A stretch of 64,000 nt of DNA from Eledone cirrhosa (Eukaryota). The number at the start of each line of letters is the position of its first letter. The stretch's first letter is position 1. A program made the translations under genes and the position numbers. Under the pieces are notes generated by a model. It searched no databases and had not been told where the DNA came from. It was given only the letters and a program-made list of their open reading frames with translations. Shown piece after piece: positions 1-14,406 of the stretch. The stretch is taken from positions 215,388,001 to 215,452,000 of the forward strand of contig OZ024741.1 in the NCBI GenBank assembly GCA_964016885.1. Reading direction: 5' to 3'.

Positions 1-82
1 GTGTGTATATAGATATATATATATATATACATGTGGGTGTTTGTATGTGTATTTATGGTGGTATGAGTGTGTGGATATATAT

Positions 83-119
<37 letters not shown>

Positions 120-123
120 TCTA

Positions 124-178
<55 letters not shown>

Positions 179-499
179 ATATATATGTGTGTGTGTGTAT
201 AGTGTGTGTGTATGTATGTGTGTATATATATATATCTCTATTAATGCGTGTGTGTATGTATATACATATGCCTTTTTATTATTATTTTCATTTGTATGTC
301 TGAGTTTGGTGAGGTTGTATTGTTTTTTATGTATATACACATATATGAAAGCGTATGTATTTATTTATATGAGTATAAGTAGGTGCATATGTATGTATGA
401 TTATATATCTAATTCTATGTATGAAGGTACATCTATATATATATATATATATACGTGTGTATGTAAGTTGTGTGTGTATGTATCTTTATGTCTATGTGA

Positions 500-545
<46 letters not shown>

Positions 546-634
546 CGATGTGCGTATATGTATGTACATGTATGTACATGTATGTGTGTATGTATGTGTA
601 TGTATATTTAGATGTATGTGTATGTATATGTATA

Positions 635-685
<51 letters not shown>

Positions 686-960
686 ATATATATATATATG
701 GATATATATCTTTATTATCTATTTTTTATATATATGTGTATGTGTGTATGTGTTGCGCGTGTGTGTGTGTATATATATATCTTTTTATATGTGTATGTGT
801 ATGTTCGTGTAAGTGTATGTGTGTGTATGACTGTATATGTATGTGTGTATGTGTGTATGCGTAAATATCTCTATGTGCGCGTACATGTATGTATGTGTGT
901 ATATATATCTGTATGTGTATGTACATTATATTATATTTATTATATTTTATTGTTTTTATT
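1..960. repeat. Compound (TA)n/(TG)n microsatellite
   Basis: Near-pure TA, TG and TATG runs. The overlapping IY/CV ORFs are repeat translations. Confidence 0.95.
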
Positions 961-1506
961 TTTTTATTTTTCTTAATTTATAGATACATTTATATTAGGC
1001 AGTCTGCTCAGACAATTGAATACTGACCCCTCCCCCCCCTCCCACCTAATTTCTGTATCTTGATCTTGAAATGTGTGTGCCAGTGTTTTATGTGAGTGAC
1101 TTAATTTCTATGTGCTTATGATTTTATATCCACATATATAAATGTGAGTGGGGGAGTGTGTGTGTTTGTATGTTCGTGGTTGTGTGTATATTTATGCATA
1201 TACGCGCATGTATGTGTGATTATACTGATATGTGTGAGTATGAAAAAATATATTTATATGCTTGACTCCATAAGTATCAATGCGCATCTTATCAGCGCAT
1301 TAAGCTTACAGAGATATTAACCTTGAAATTTTGTGTTTGCATCCATCTTTTTAGTATGCGCATACAAATTATACACACATTATTGTAAAATATGTGTAAG
1401 GATTTTACATGTATATACACACACCGAACTGCTTTTAACCCTTTGTGTTTTCATTGGTCAATTTTGAACTGATATTTTGAATTGTTGTTATTATCAATAA
1501 ATATAC

Positions 1507-1661
1507 TTCATTATTTCTGAAGACGGCGTATATATGTGTTAGGTATGTATATTTAATCTTGATAATTTGTATAATTTTGTATAATTTTGTACATAGATCT
1601 GTTGAATATGCATACCAATTATAACACATATATACCCTAGAAACGATCGTTAAATAATGAA
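1507..1661 (+). ncRNA. Type I hammerhead ribozyme with very long stem II
   Basis: Stem I ttcattattt(1507-1516)/aaataatgaa(1652-1661); core CTGAAGA 1517-1523; ~115-nt stem II hairpin (gtatatatgtgtta/taacacatatatac, ggtatgtatatttaa/ttgaatatgcatacc); GAAA 1640-1643; palindromic stem III ACGATCGT; triplet GUU. Confidence 0.75.
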
Positions 1662-1706
1662 CTTTTTTTGTTTAATATAAGGAATTGTTTATTCATTATT
1701 TGTTTA

Positions 1707-1765
<59 letters not shown>

Positions 1766-2077
1766 ATACAATTTTTTGTGTTCAGGTATGTGTGTGTTTG
1801 TGTGTCTGTCTGTGTGTGTATGACTTCCTGTATCAGAGCCTTCGTCACCGAGATCATATGACGGAAGTGTGTTGTGAAATGGAGAGAGCGGTGTAATAGA
1901 CAGATTATATAATGGTTGGATGTAGGGGGTATATATATTCATATATATACATATGAAACATATATATATATACATATACATATACATATATGTACATATA
2001 TATATATATATGTATATATATGTTTATATATACATATATATATATACATATATATATATAGAGATATATATATATAT

Positions 2078-2418
2078 ATTTCGTTTCTGAATTTGTTTAG
2101 CAAGATTCTTTATCTGAAATCGTGTGTTGAAACCGATATTGTTATACTTTGGGAGGGTCAAACAAAATGGCGTAGGATAGAAGAAAGGAAAGGCACAGAA
2201 ACGAAGAAAGAAATCCCCAGTCACTGAAGAGGTCACAGAGTGTGTGACGAAAGAACTATGACTATATATATATAAACAACTATCTGGTTGTGGAACCAAC
2301 CAACCAACCAGAAATTTATAAATTTGTAAATTTATAAATATATAATAAATTAAATTGAAGTGAAAGCAACTGGTGCGTGTGTTTCTTATTGGCAACATGA
2401 CCCTCCCAAAGTATAACA

Positions 2419-2421
<3 letters not shown>
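2078..2421 (+). mobile_element. PLE pseudo-LTR fragment with inverted 5' arm (same family as 41085-41220 and 44390-45512)
   Basis: gatattgttatactttgggagggtca (~2135-2160) is the reverse complement of tgaccctcccaaagtataacaat (~2398-2420). TA flanks on both sides. Contains an HHR. Confidence 0.75.
2219..2263 (+). ncRNA. Minimal type I hammerhead ribozyme
   Basis: agtca-CTGAAGA-g-gtcac..gtgac-GAAA-gaac-TA-tgact. A decayed homolog lies on the minus strand at 44547-44589. Confidence 0.65.
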
Positions 2422-2476
<55 letters not shown>

Positions 2477-2759
2477 GTACATATATGTATATGTATATAT
2501 ATATATATGTTTTATATATATATATATGTACATATATATATATGTACATATATGTATATGTATATATATATATATGTTTTATATATATATATATTTATAT
2601 ATATATGTATGTACGTATGTATGTATATGTAGTTGTGTGTGTTTGTATGTGTTTAGGTATGGAACAAAATGAGAGGTAGAGATGAAAGTGTTGAGAAATC
2701 TCGTTGGTAAAAAAAAATATGATGAGAGTGTTAGAAGACATGATGATGTATGGTGAAAC

Positions 2760-5790
<3,031 letters not shown>

Positions 5791-6091
5791 GATAATGTGC
5801 GAATGCGCATGCGTTTGAATAAGAGGAATAGAGGAAGAGAGACGCAGAGAGAGAGTTTGTGTCACCACACAGAGCTATATACGCATTGCGTAAGTGTAAG
5901 CGTCACACCCATAAGCATATGTGTGTTTAGTGTTATATGACTATGGGTTATATGTCTGTGTGTGTGTGTTGGATGTTGTGTCGAGCAGTTAAAATATGTA
6001 TTTAGGTCATTGAGTGTTGTATAGCGTAGATATTATATAGCTTACCTGTAAATGGTTCAACTTTAAGTGAGTAACGTCAATATATGTATAC

Positions 6092-6237
<146 letters not shown>

Positions 6238-6285
6238 TGTTAGTAGGTATTTATATAAATATAAATAAATAGACATACATATAAT

Positions 6286-6330
<45 letters not shown>

Positions 6331-6442
6331 GAAAATGTTCCTATTACCCACTCTACTACCATAAGTATTGAGTACGCTGGTGCGTTATGGTCCACCTGGT
6401 TCCTTACCACACTTCCTTCGTTATATATATATATATATTAGT

Positions 6443-6675
6443 AAAAGGAAGAGGAAAATGCTGACAAACTGTTCCCAGTGAAAAATAGTTTAATTAGGAA
6501 TAAGTAAAAATTAGTAATAAGTATTGGTTACTATTCAGTTTTAGTTTTAAGTTTTTACCGGTAAAAACTTAAAACTAAAACTGAATACTAACCAATACTT
6601 CTTACTAATTTTTACTTATTCCTAATTAAACTATTTTTCACTGGGAACAATTTGTCAGCATTTTCTTTTCCTTTT
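6443..6675. mobile_element. Fold-back (palindromic) insertion in (TA)n, apex ACCGGT
   Basis: ~115-bp near-perfect inverted arms centred on 6557-6562. The right arm continues to ~6716. Confidence 0.8.
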
Positions 6676-6781
6676 AAGAATATATCACAACTCGTGTGTT
6701 ACAACTCTATTCTTTTATATATATATATATATCAAGTAAGTATGTTTTGAAACAGTGAGCAGGTTTGAAATTAGAAAATAG

Positions 6782-6970
6782 AATAGCTTTCACCGTATTT
6801 TTTTACTAAAGAAATTTTAGTCTGATAATGGGGTTTAGAACCCTGAGATAAATGGAAAAGGTGAGTATTGACGTACATGTACGTCAATACTCATCTTTTT
6901 CCATTTATCTGAGGGTTCTAAACGCCAATATCAGACTAAAATTTCTTTAGTAAAAAAATACGGTGAAAGC

Positions 6971-6974
<4 letters not shown>
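6782..6974. mobile_element. Fold-back insertion, apex GACGTACATGTACGTC
   Basis: ~95-bp inverted arms centred on 6870-6885. A diverged single-arm copy at ~58380-58495 stops at the same palindrome. Confidence 0.8.
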
Positions 6975-7010
<36 letters not shown>

Positions 7011-7012
<2 letters not shown>

Positions 7013-7097
7013 CGAAGGAAATGTGGTAAGGAACCAGGTGGACCATAACGCACCAAAGTACTCGATACTTAGGGTAGTAGAATGGGCAATAGGAAAA
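7011..7097. mobile_element. Fragment of a short dispersed TA-inserted repeat (copies at 6331-6422, 8931-9020, 24555-24746, 40101-40295)
   Basis: Shared sequence aacgaaggaaatgtggtaaggaaccaggtggaccataacgcacc...gggtagtaga. Confidence 0.8.
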
Positions 7098-7367
7098 GAG
7101 TCAGGATTATATATATATATTAGAAAAGCGAAGGAAGGTTCAATACAAGGAAGGAATAATACATCGAAACCGGTAATACTTTATCTATTATAAAACTTTT
7201 TTTAAAAAGAATTGTCCCTCTCATTTTTACAATAATGTCATCTTTTCAATGTCACTTTGACGAATCAAAGAAAGGTTAAAAAAAAAAAACAACAGACCCT
7301 TAAACATATTTTCCGTGGTATTTCCAACTTCACTTTTCTCCGTCTCTCTCACCCTCTCTCTCTCTAT

Positions 7368-7466
<99 letters not shown>

Positions 7467-7594
7467 TATATATATATAAGCAAAGGGATATTTAATTTGT
7501 TGGTAATTCAACAATTCGAAACACTCGACAAGTTTTCTGGAGTATAATATCAATTATATTAATAAATGGAAACAATATTTATAAAACCATATTT

Positions 7595-7653
7595 ATTCTA
7601 TTATATATATTTCAAGGGTACCAAAACTTTGGTGCGCTCTCATCAGATGAAAT
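7595..7653 (-). ncRNA. Type I hammerhead ribozyme (ATATATAT stem III)
   Basis: Minus strand: tttcat-CTGATGA-gag..ccaaagttttgg..ctt-GAAA-tatata-TA-atagaa. Stem I is partly decayed. Homolog at 31270-31332. Confidence 0.6.
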
Positions 7654-7754
7654 ACAAAGTTTGTTTTATAAATATAGTTTCCATTTATTAATTTCATTGA
7701 TATATATATACATATATATATATATGTGTGGTGTGTGAGGGTGTGTGAGTATGT

Positions 7755-7837
<83 letters not shown>

Positions 7838-7839
7838 TT

Positions 7840-7893
<54 letters not shown>

Positions 7894-7915
7894 TTCGCTG
7901 ATGATATATATATAT

Positions 7916-8894
7916 AAAATTTTCGCTGATGATTCCAAGCTCCAAAAGGTCATCAATGGCGTGGATGACCGGATAAGCCTTCAGTCAGACCTACTGGCTG
8001 TTACCCAATGGGCAGAAAAGAACAACATGTTACTGAACGAAGACAAATTCGAACTGATCCACTTTGGAAAAGAGGATGCTCTGAAACTCCCGTACTCCCT
8101 TCCCTCCGGGGAAACTCTCGTGGCATCTAACAACATCAGAGACTTGGGAGTAACCGTGGACAGCAACATAAGCTGGACCACGCATATAAGCAGCAAAGTT
8201 GACATGGCCCGCAGAATGTGTTCCTGGATCCTCAGAACCTTCCAGTCGAGAGATTCCCGCACCATTATCCTTCTCTTCTCTACTTTCGCCCGACCACACC
8301 TTGAATACTGTTGTCCACTGTGGTCTCCCCACACGAAACAAAGTATCATGAAACTTGAAGCTCCTCAAAGGGCAATCACGAAAAAGATAGATGGCATGTC
8401 AGACCTTGACTACTGGGGTCGATTGGAAAACCTGAAACTTTACTCACTCCAACGTCGCCGTGAGCGTTATATTATCTGCATGATGTGGAAAATGTTCCAT
8501 CATCACTGCCCAAATGATGTTGGCATCGCCTTCAAGATACACCCAAGGCTTGGGCCCCGTGCTATCCGTCCCATTCAAAAATCTAAATCGCAACTCATAA
8601 CAACAATACGGCACAATTATTTCACCTCAATCGGCCCTGCTCTCTTCAACATCACACCAGGATACGTCAAAACAGAAACTGACCACACAAAATTCAAGAA
8701 GTCTTTGGACAAATTCCTCCAAGTAATCCCGGACAAACCACCCACACCCGGATATGTCTCCGCAAACAGTAATTCTCTTCTCGAATGGGCCATGGTGCCC
8801 AAATCCTGAATTGAAAGACTTCGCCAGGTGGTGCTATTAAGTTAGACATGGCCTGGGCCAATACTGGCCAAAACATTTCAAAGTTATTCAAAGT

Positions 8895-8896
<2 letters not shown>
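7916..8896 (+). mobile_element. 5'-truncated CR1/L2-group LINE (C-terminal RT fragment, 3' UTR, tandem tail)
   Basis: Open frame 7916-8809 with [27 protein letters not shown] and [20 protein letters not shown]. 3' end is ttcaaagtta x2. TA flanks. The ORF-track N-terminus (7745-7915) is microsatellite. Confidence 0.9.
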
Positions 8897-8932
<36 letters not shown>

Positions 8933-9109
8933 ACGAAGGAAATGTGGTAAGGAACCAGGTGGACCAGAATTAGCCGTCGAAACGGCTTGAGCTCAGCCGT
9001 CGGGGTCTTACTTGTTCCTATATGTATATATATATATATATGTGTGTGTGTATATATATATATATTTATTAAAATAACAGATTAAAGTTTAAGCAATAGA
9101 AATACCTTA

Positions 9110-9672
9110 AAATAGAAATACCATTAAAATGTCTTACTCTACGACTCCTAACCTTGCACATAACATCACAGCTTCAAATTTAGCTAAATTACCTAGACGT
9201 AGGAACACGTGCAACCCTGTAGCTAGTACTAACTGTAATTGTAGGAATTGGGTTGACTGCCCCCTATCCAGGAAATGCCTCTCTAGTAACATTGTCTACA
9301 AATGTAAGGTTGAAACACCCACGTCCCGTAGACCTACATAGGGTTAACCGCCAATAGATTCAAGCAGCGTCTTTACATGCATGCCCATTCTTCTCTATAT
9401 CTTTAAGAAGGAATATGACGTCACTTTCAGCTTATATCTGGAATCTAAAAGACAACCACACCCAATATAAGTTACACTGGGAGATCCTAGCTAGGGCTAG
9501 ATCGTATAACGGAAATAAAAGACCATGGGACCTTTGCGCCGCTGAGGCCCTGGAAATACTCTACGTCACAGACCACATCTTAAACAAAAAATCTGAGGCA
9601 ATTTCGGCTTGTAAACATAAATTGCACAAAACTTTCCTGTATTACAGCCCAACGTTATACCCTAACGGATAG
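9110..9672 (+). pseudogene. Frameshifted PLE linker and GIY-YIG endonuclease
   Basis: NTIKMSYSTTPNLA..NCNCRNWVDCPLSRKCL..IVYKCKV and TSLSAYIWNLK..YKLHWEIL..LNKKSEAISACKH are collinear with the C-terminus of the 14407-16866 ORF. Confidence 0.85.
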
Positions 9673-9915
9673 CACGATCTATACGCGGATATTTTATGTC
9701 TTGATGTGGTAGCTAAGTATATGTTATGTTTATACCATTATTTATTTGTATAGGTAAGTATATGTTATGTTTATACCATTATTTATTTGTATAGGTAAGT
9801 ATATATTACCTGTATGTTTTGTGAAGGGAACTTTTCTACGAACCAACGTATCGTCTTCCTGTCTTCCTTCGGTTTTTCGAAATATTTACTTCTGCGTTCA
9901 CATATTGATTGTTTT

Positions 9916-9966
9916 AGTTTCAGAAGACCCCGTTAAGGGTGAAAGCAGAGATTCTTTGCTTAAATT
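9916..9966 (+). ncRNA. Hammerhead-like motif, core variant CAGAAGA
   Basis: agttt-CAGAAGA-ccc..ggg-t-GAAA-gcagag att ctttgc-TT-aaatt. Copies at 10096-10146 and 60081-60131 share the same core. Confidence 0.6.
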
Positions 9967-10010
9967 TAATCTGTATGTCTGGCTGTCTGCATTACGACAA
10001 TATGACGCTA

Positions 10011-10042
<32 letters not shown>

Positions 10043-10095
10043 GTGTGTAGCGTTTTTCGAAATATTTACTTCTGCGTTCACAGATTGATTTTTTT

Positions 10096-10146
10096 AGTTT
10101 CAGAAGATCCCGTTAAGGGAGAAACAAGTGATTCTTTGCTTAAACT
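10096..10146 (+). ncRNA. Hammerhead-like motif (CAGAAGA), second decayed copy
   Basis: Lies 180 bp downstream of the first copy. Stem I agttt/aaact. Confidence 0.5.
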
Positions 10147-10157
10147 TTAATCTGTTA

Positions 10158-10224
<67 letters not shown>

Positions 10225-10354
10225 TAAAAAAACGAAAAATCAGTGATGCATCTGGACTCAGTTTATTGCGTGTTACAATTGTTTCGCCGGCAGGTAGCTC
10301 GAGACATGATCACTGTATGGATCTGGCTGATTCTATGGCTGCAGGTTCCTTCGG

Positions 10355-10606
10355 ACAGATATTATAAGGGCGCAACGTTACATCTATGTATCTATCTAAA
10401 AAGAAAGACTAAGAATTATAGAGAGAGATCGGTAAATCCCCTAATGCGGTCCCTAGGCATGGAAAATTTGAAATATGCTTTGCTCATAACACTCACAGGA
10501 CCATAAGTATGATATGTGTAAAGTTTGAAAACAATCGGTTGGGCGGTTCTTGAGTTTTAGGGAATCAGATAGACGGACAGACATTCTCTGTTTTAGATAT
10601 ATAGAT
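10355..10606. mobile_element. Helitron-like non-autonomous repeat fragment
   Basis: Reverse complement of ~23440-23695. Contains gacag microsatellite and a ...gatatatagat end. Confidence 0.6.
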
Positions 10607-10793
10607 TATAGAGGACGCTCATCGGTAAAGCTTTTGTATGAGAGAATGTTAAATTAATCAATTATTCTCCTATCTTACAATCTAAAATGTTGAACATTGA
10701 GTTCCCTCCAACATGGCAGTTTAGTCTAGTGTGTTCTATTTATTATAGTCACGCGTTGACCAATTCCTTGCGGGAAACTACAGATGCCGCCCC

Positions 10794-10838
<45 letters not shown>

Positions 10839-11000
10839 AAAAATCGTTGCTGAACATACAAGACGAAATCGCTCGTGGCCGCAGTAGGAATTTACATCTC
10901 TCTATCTCTCTCTCTCTATATATATATATATTTATATATATAATAAGGGTTGACGGACCCAGCATATTTATCAATGCCAGTACCGGTTGTATATATATTT

Positions 11001-11052
<52 letters not shown>

Positions 11053-11070
11053 ATATATATATATATATAT

Positions 11071-11878
11071 CCCGGTGATTTGGGATGGACATTGACTCTT
11101 AAGAGGTCCTTTGCCCTTTGACAGGTTTTGTTTTTAGTCCTGCAGGATGTCTAAAGTCACCCTCCTCACCAAGAAACCTTGGTGGGGTTGCCAGTTTAGT
11201 CGCCAACGACCCGACCATGGGACAGATTGTACTGGGATACATGTTACCAGTAGCACCAACTGGAGACCCGACATATACATATATACATACATATATACAT
11301 GGTGGCTGCCAACTCGTTTTCGAGTACGGCCACTACTTTATATCCATGTAGGAGAACCCCTACCGATGCGCTGAACGAGTGTGACTTTTTAGTCCAGCAG
11401 GCGACTTGAAAACTCTGGTACAAACACTACACTTGTGACAATTATTGACACAGGCCTATGGTACCATGTGACGACAAGGGCAGAGAGATCTCCAGATATA
11501 AAGCAATGCCTGTGCCGTGAAGCTTTTATAGTGAGCAAAGGCACTGCACAAAGCCAGTCCCACTCTCTTATCCAAGATGATATTTACAAAAAGAAGAACA
11601 ACTCAATATCATTGGATACCATCAGGGTTGCAGGTGTTATATCAGAGTTTTCCTTCTCCTAGAATTCTGCCTTGACAAAGGCTAAGCGGATGGCCATTGA
11701 CTCTTAAGAGCTCCTTTGCCCTTTGACAGGTTTTGTTTTTAGTCCTGCAGGATGTCCAAAGTCACCCTCCTCACCAAGAAACCTTGGTGGGGTTGCCAGT
11801 TTAGTCGCCAACGACCCGACCATGAGACAGGTTGTACTGGGATACATGTTACCAGTAGCACCAACTGGTGACCTGACA
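11071..11878 (-). mobile_element. Short non-autonomous repeat resembling the 5' region of an RTE LINE (about 1.4 tandem copies)
   Basis: The segment at 11113-11275 is repeated at 11717-11878. The minus strand carries ggcagaattctaggagaaggaaaactctgat, which resembles RTE 5' UTR motifs (recalled, not searched). Confidence 0.6.
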
Positions 11879-11896
11879 TATATATATATATATATA

Positions 11897-13220
11897 TATA
11901 TGAGATATAAGAATCAAAGAACTGTTCAAAACATTATTGTGCTTACAGCTGTTTCCTCCAAACCGAGGTTTGGATTCTTCGGAGCAATTTATTAATGCAT
12001 GGACAGTTATATGACCTCCTTTTCAGCCGAGAGACATACCAATACATATTCAAACATTGATACATATTCAAACATTGTGGGTCAACATTCATTACAGAAT
12101 TTAGAGTGGCAGTACACACTTCGAGATTACATTTATATTAATAGGTACAATCAAAAATCAAAGATATAGGTTAAAGTACAACATGAAGATAAGTGGTTAT
12201 ATAGTGCAAATGTTATATGTGTGGCACGTATGTGCGTCTTGTTTATATAGTGTGGCAGAGAGATATGTGTGGTAGAGGCACTTAGGTAGGTAAATAAGAG
12301 TGTTAGGTTGGTAGATCTGGTGGCAAAGTCTTTATATGATTGATATAGTCTGTGTGTGGAGAAATATTATAAACATTAAAGATAGTGCAAGCATTAAAAG
12401 TGTTATAAGTATTGGAGATGCACAGCGCAGGGATGTCAAGTAATTCATGTACTTCGGCATTTTCATGGTCAAGGGAGTGTATATTTCGATTATATGCCTT
12501 TCACATAATCCACGACAATCCAGTTAGAGATCGTAGTCTGGTGTTCTTTAGTTCGATACAGGAGGTTGTTACGTTTCGAGAGACGCCATTGAATACCGGA
12601 AGTGTGTGTGTGGATAAGGGGAGTTAATGCATGCGGGGAGGTAACTCTGGGGTTTCTATATCTAGCCATTAAAATGTGTCCCAATATAGACCCTAAATTC
12701 TATGGTGAGGTGCACCTTCCAAGAGAGACTTTTAAAGCATAAAGTGTACTAACTATAGGGTAGTTTAACTAAATTATGCTGAAGGTGATCATATTATTCT
12801 TAAGGTGGATTAACCCATCTTAAGGTGCTACAAATGGAAATTATAGATGATGAGCGAGGATTCTAAATTAATGATCTCTGTGGTTGTAGTCTGCTCATAT
12901 GACCAGGCGCGGTGATTGCAGGATTGCTTCAGGACCCAATGATCTCTGGTAAGATCTGGGTCATCGCTTGCTACATTGGATGTCGAAAGATAATCGTCTC
13001 CAGGCAGGCCAAAGGTCAATCCGCAGTCCTCGCGACCCCTCTCTGACCGTCAGATCATCCATATACGTACAACCCGCACGGCAGTTGCATTGCATTCACT
13101 CACTGCGCTCAGCAGCCCGGTCCTACTGGTCAACAGCGCTACTCGATTAAATCATTTTACATCTGTCTAAGGAAGGTGTTTCCTCTGCCCAACACCATCC
13201 AACCGATCAATTCATGCCCA
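11897..13220 (-). repeat. Inverted 5' pseudo-LTR (reverse complement of ~17076-18385)
   Basis: The same small ORFs recur on opposite strands. Joined to the direct copy through a 'ca' microhomology at 13219-13220. Confidence 0.95.
11940..11986 (-). ncRNA. Hammerhead ribozyme of the inverted pseudo-LTR
   Basis: Exact reverse complement of 14111-14157. Confidence 0.75.
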
Positions 13221-14364
13221 GACTACAACCACAGAGATCATTAATTTAGAATCCTCGCTCATCATCTATAATTTCCATTTGTAGCATTTAAGATGGGTTA
13301 ATCCACCTTAAGAATAATATGATCACCTTCAGCATAATTTAGTTAAACTACCCTATAGTTAGTACACTTTATGCTTTAAAAGTCTCTCTTGGAAGGTGCA
13401 CCTCACCATAGAATTTAGGGTCTATATTGGGACACATTTTAATGGCTAGATATAGAAACCCCAGAGTTACCTCCCCGCATGCATTAACTCCCCTTATCCA
13501 CACACACACTTCCGGTATTCAATGGCGTCTCTCGAAACGTAACAACCTCCTGTATCGAACTAAAGAACACCAGACTACGATCTCTAACTGGATTGTCGTG
13601 GATTATGTGAAAGGCATATAATCGAAATATACACTCCCTTGACCATGAAAATGCCGAAGTACATGAATTACTTGACATCCCTGCGCTGTGCATCTCCAAT
13701 ACTTATAACACTTTTAATGCTTGCACCATCTTTAATGTTTATAATATTTCTCCACACACAGACTATATCAATCATATAAAGACTTTGCCACCAGATCTAC
13801 CAACCTAACACTCTTATTTACCTACCACACATATCTCTCTGCCACACTATATAAACAAGACGCACATACGTGCCACACATATAACATTTGCACTATATAA
13901 CCACTTATCTTCATGTTGTACTTTAACCTATATCTTTGATTTTTGATTGTACCTATTAATATAAATGTAATCTCGAAGTGTGTACTGCCACTCTAAATTC
14001 TGTAATGAATGTTGACCCACAATGTTTGAATATGTATCAATGTTTGAATATGTATTGGTATGTCTCTCGGCTGAAAAGGAGGTCATATAACTGTCCATGC
14101 ATTAATAAATTGCTCCGAAGAATCCAAACCTCGGTTTGGAGGAAACAGCTGTAAGCACAATAATGTTTTGAACAGTTCTTTGATTCTTATATCTCATATA
14201 ACTGCTCTGTAAATCATCTGATGTTTTTACATTGAGCTACTTAACTTACTGGTAATAAGGTAGTAATACATTACTGCCTACCACTATTTAGGGTGTGTGT
14301 AAAATACTTACAACTGCTTAAGGTTTTGTGTTTACATAACCATAAATAGTATAACTAATACTAT
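13219..14364 (+). repeat. Upstream direct pseudo-LTR
   Basis: Near-identical to 17403-18549 (offset 4184-4185). Confidence 0.95.
14111..14157 (+). ncRNA. Type I hammerhead ribozyme, core variant CCGAAGA
   Basis: tgct-CCGAAGA-a-tccaaacc tc ggtttgga-g-GAAA-cagctg-TA-agca. Palindromic stem III ACAGCTGT. Predicted cut after GUA at 14153. Confidence 0.75.
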
Positions 14365-14406
14365 TAACTGCTCCATATCGTTGAGCTGACATATAATATT
14401 GCCAAT

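Larger units (their letters stand above)
9063..10165 (+). mobile_element. Decayed 5'-truncated PLE (Hydra-like): inverted 5' stub, endonuclease remnant and partly duplicated pseudo-LTR
   Basis: 9063-9096 is the reverse complement of the 3' end (ttgcttaaactttaatctgttattttaata). Further pseudo-LTR pieces lie at ~59930-60243 (+) and ~39941-40010 (-). Confidence 0.85.

Noticed and set aside
10268-10358. Minus-strand hammerhead (GAAA-caattg-TA)
   Set aside because: The 3' half is plausible, but the 5' core (CCGAAGG) overlaps a Helitron-like junction, so it was not counted.
12412-13699. Short 60-71 aa ORFs repeated two or three times
   Set aside because: They recur only because they lie in pseudo-LTR copies.
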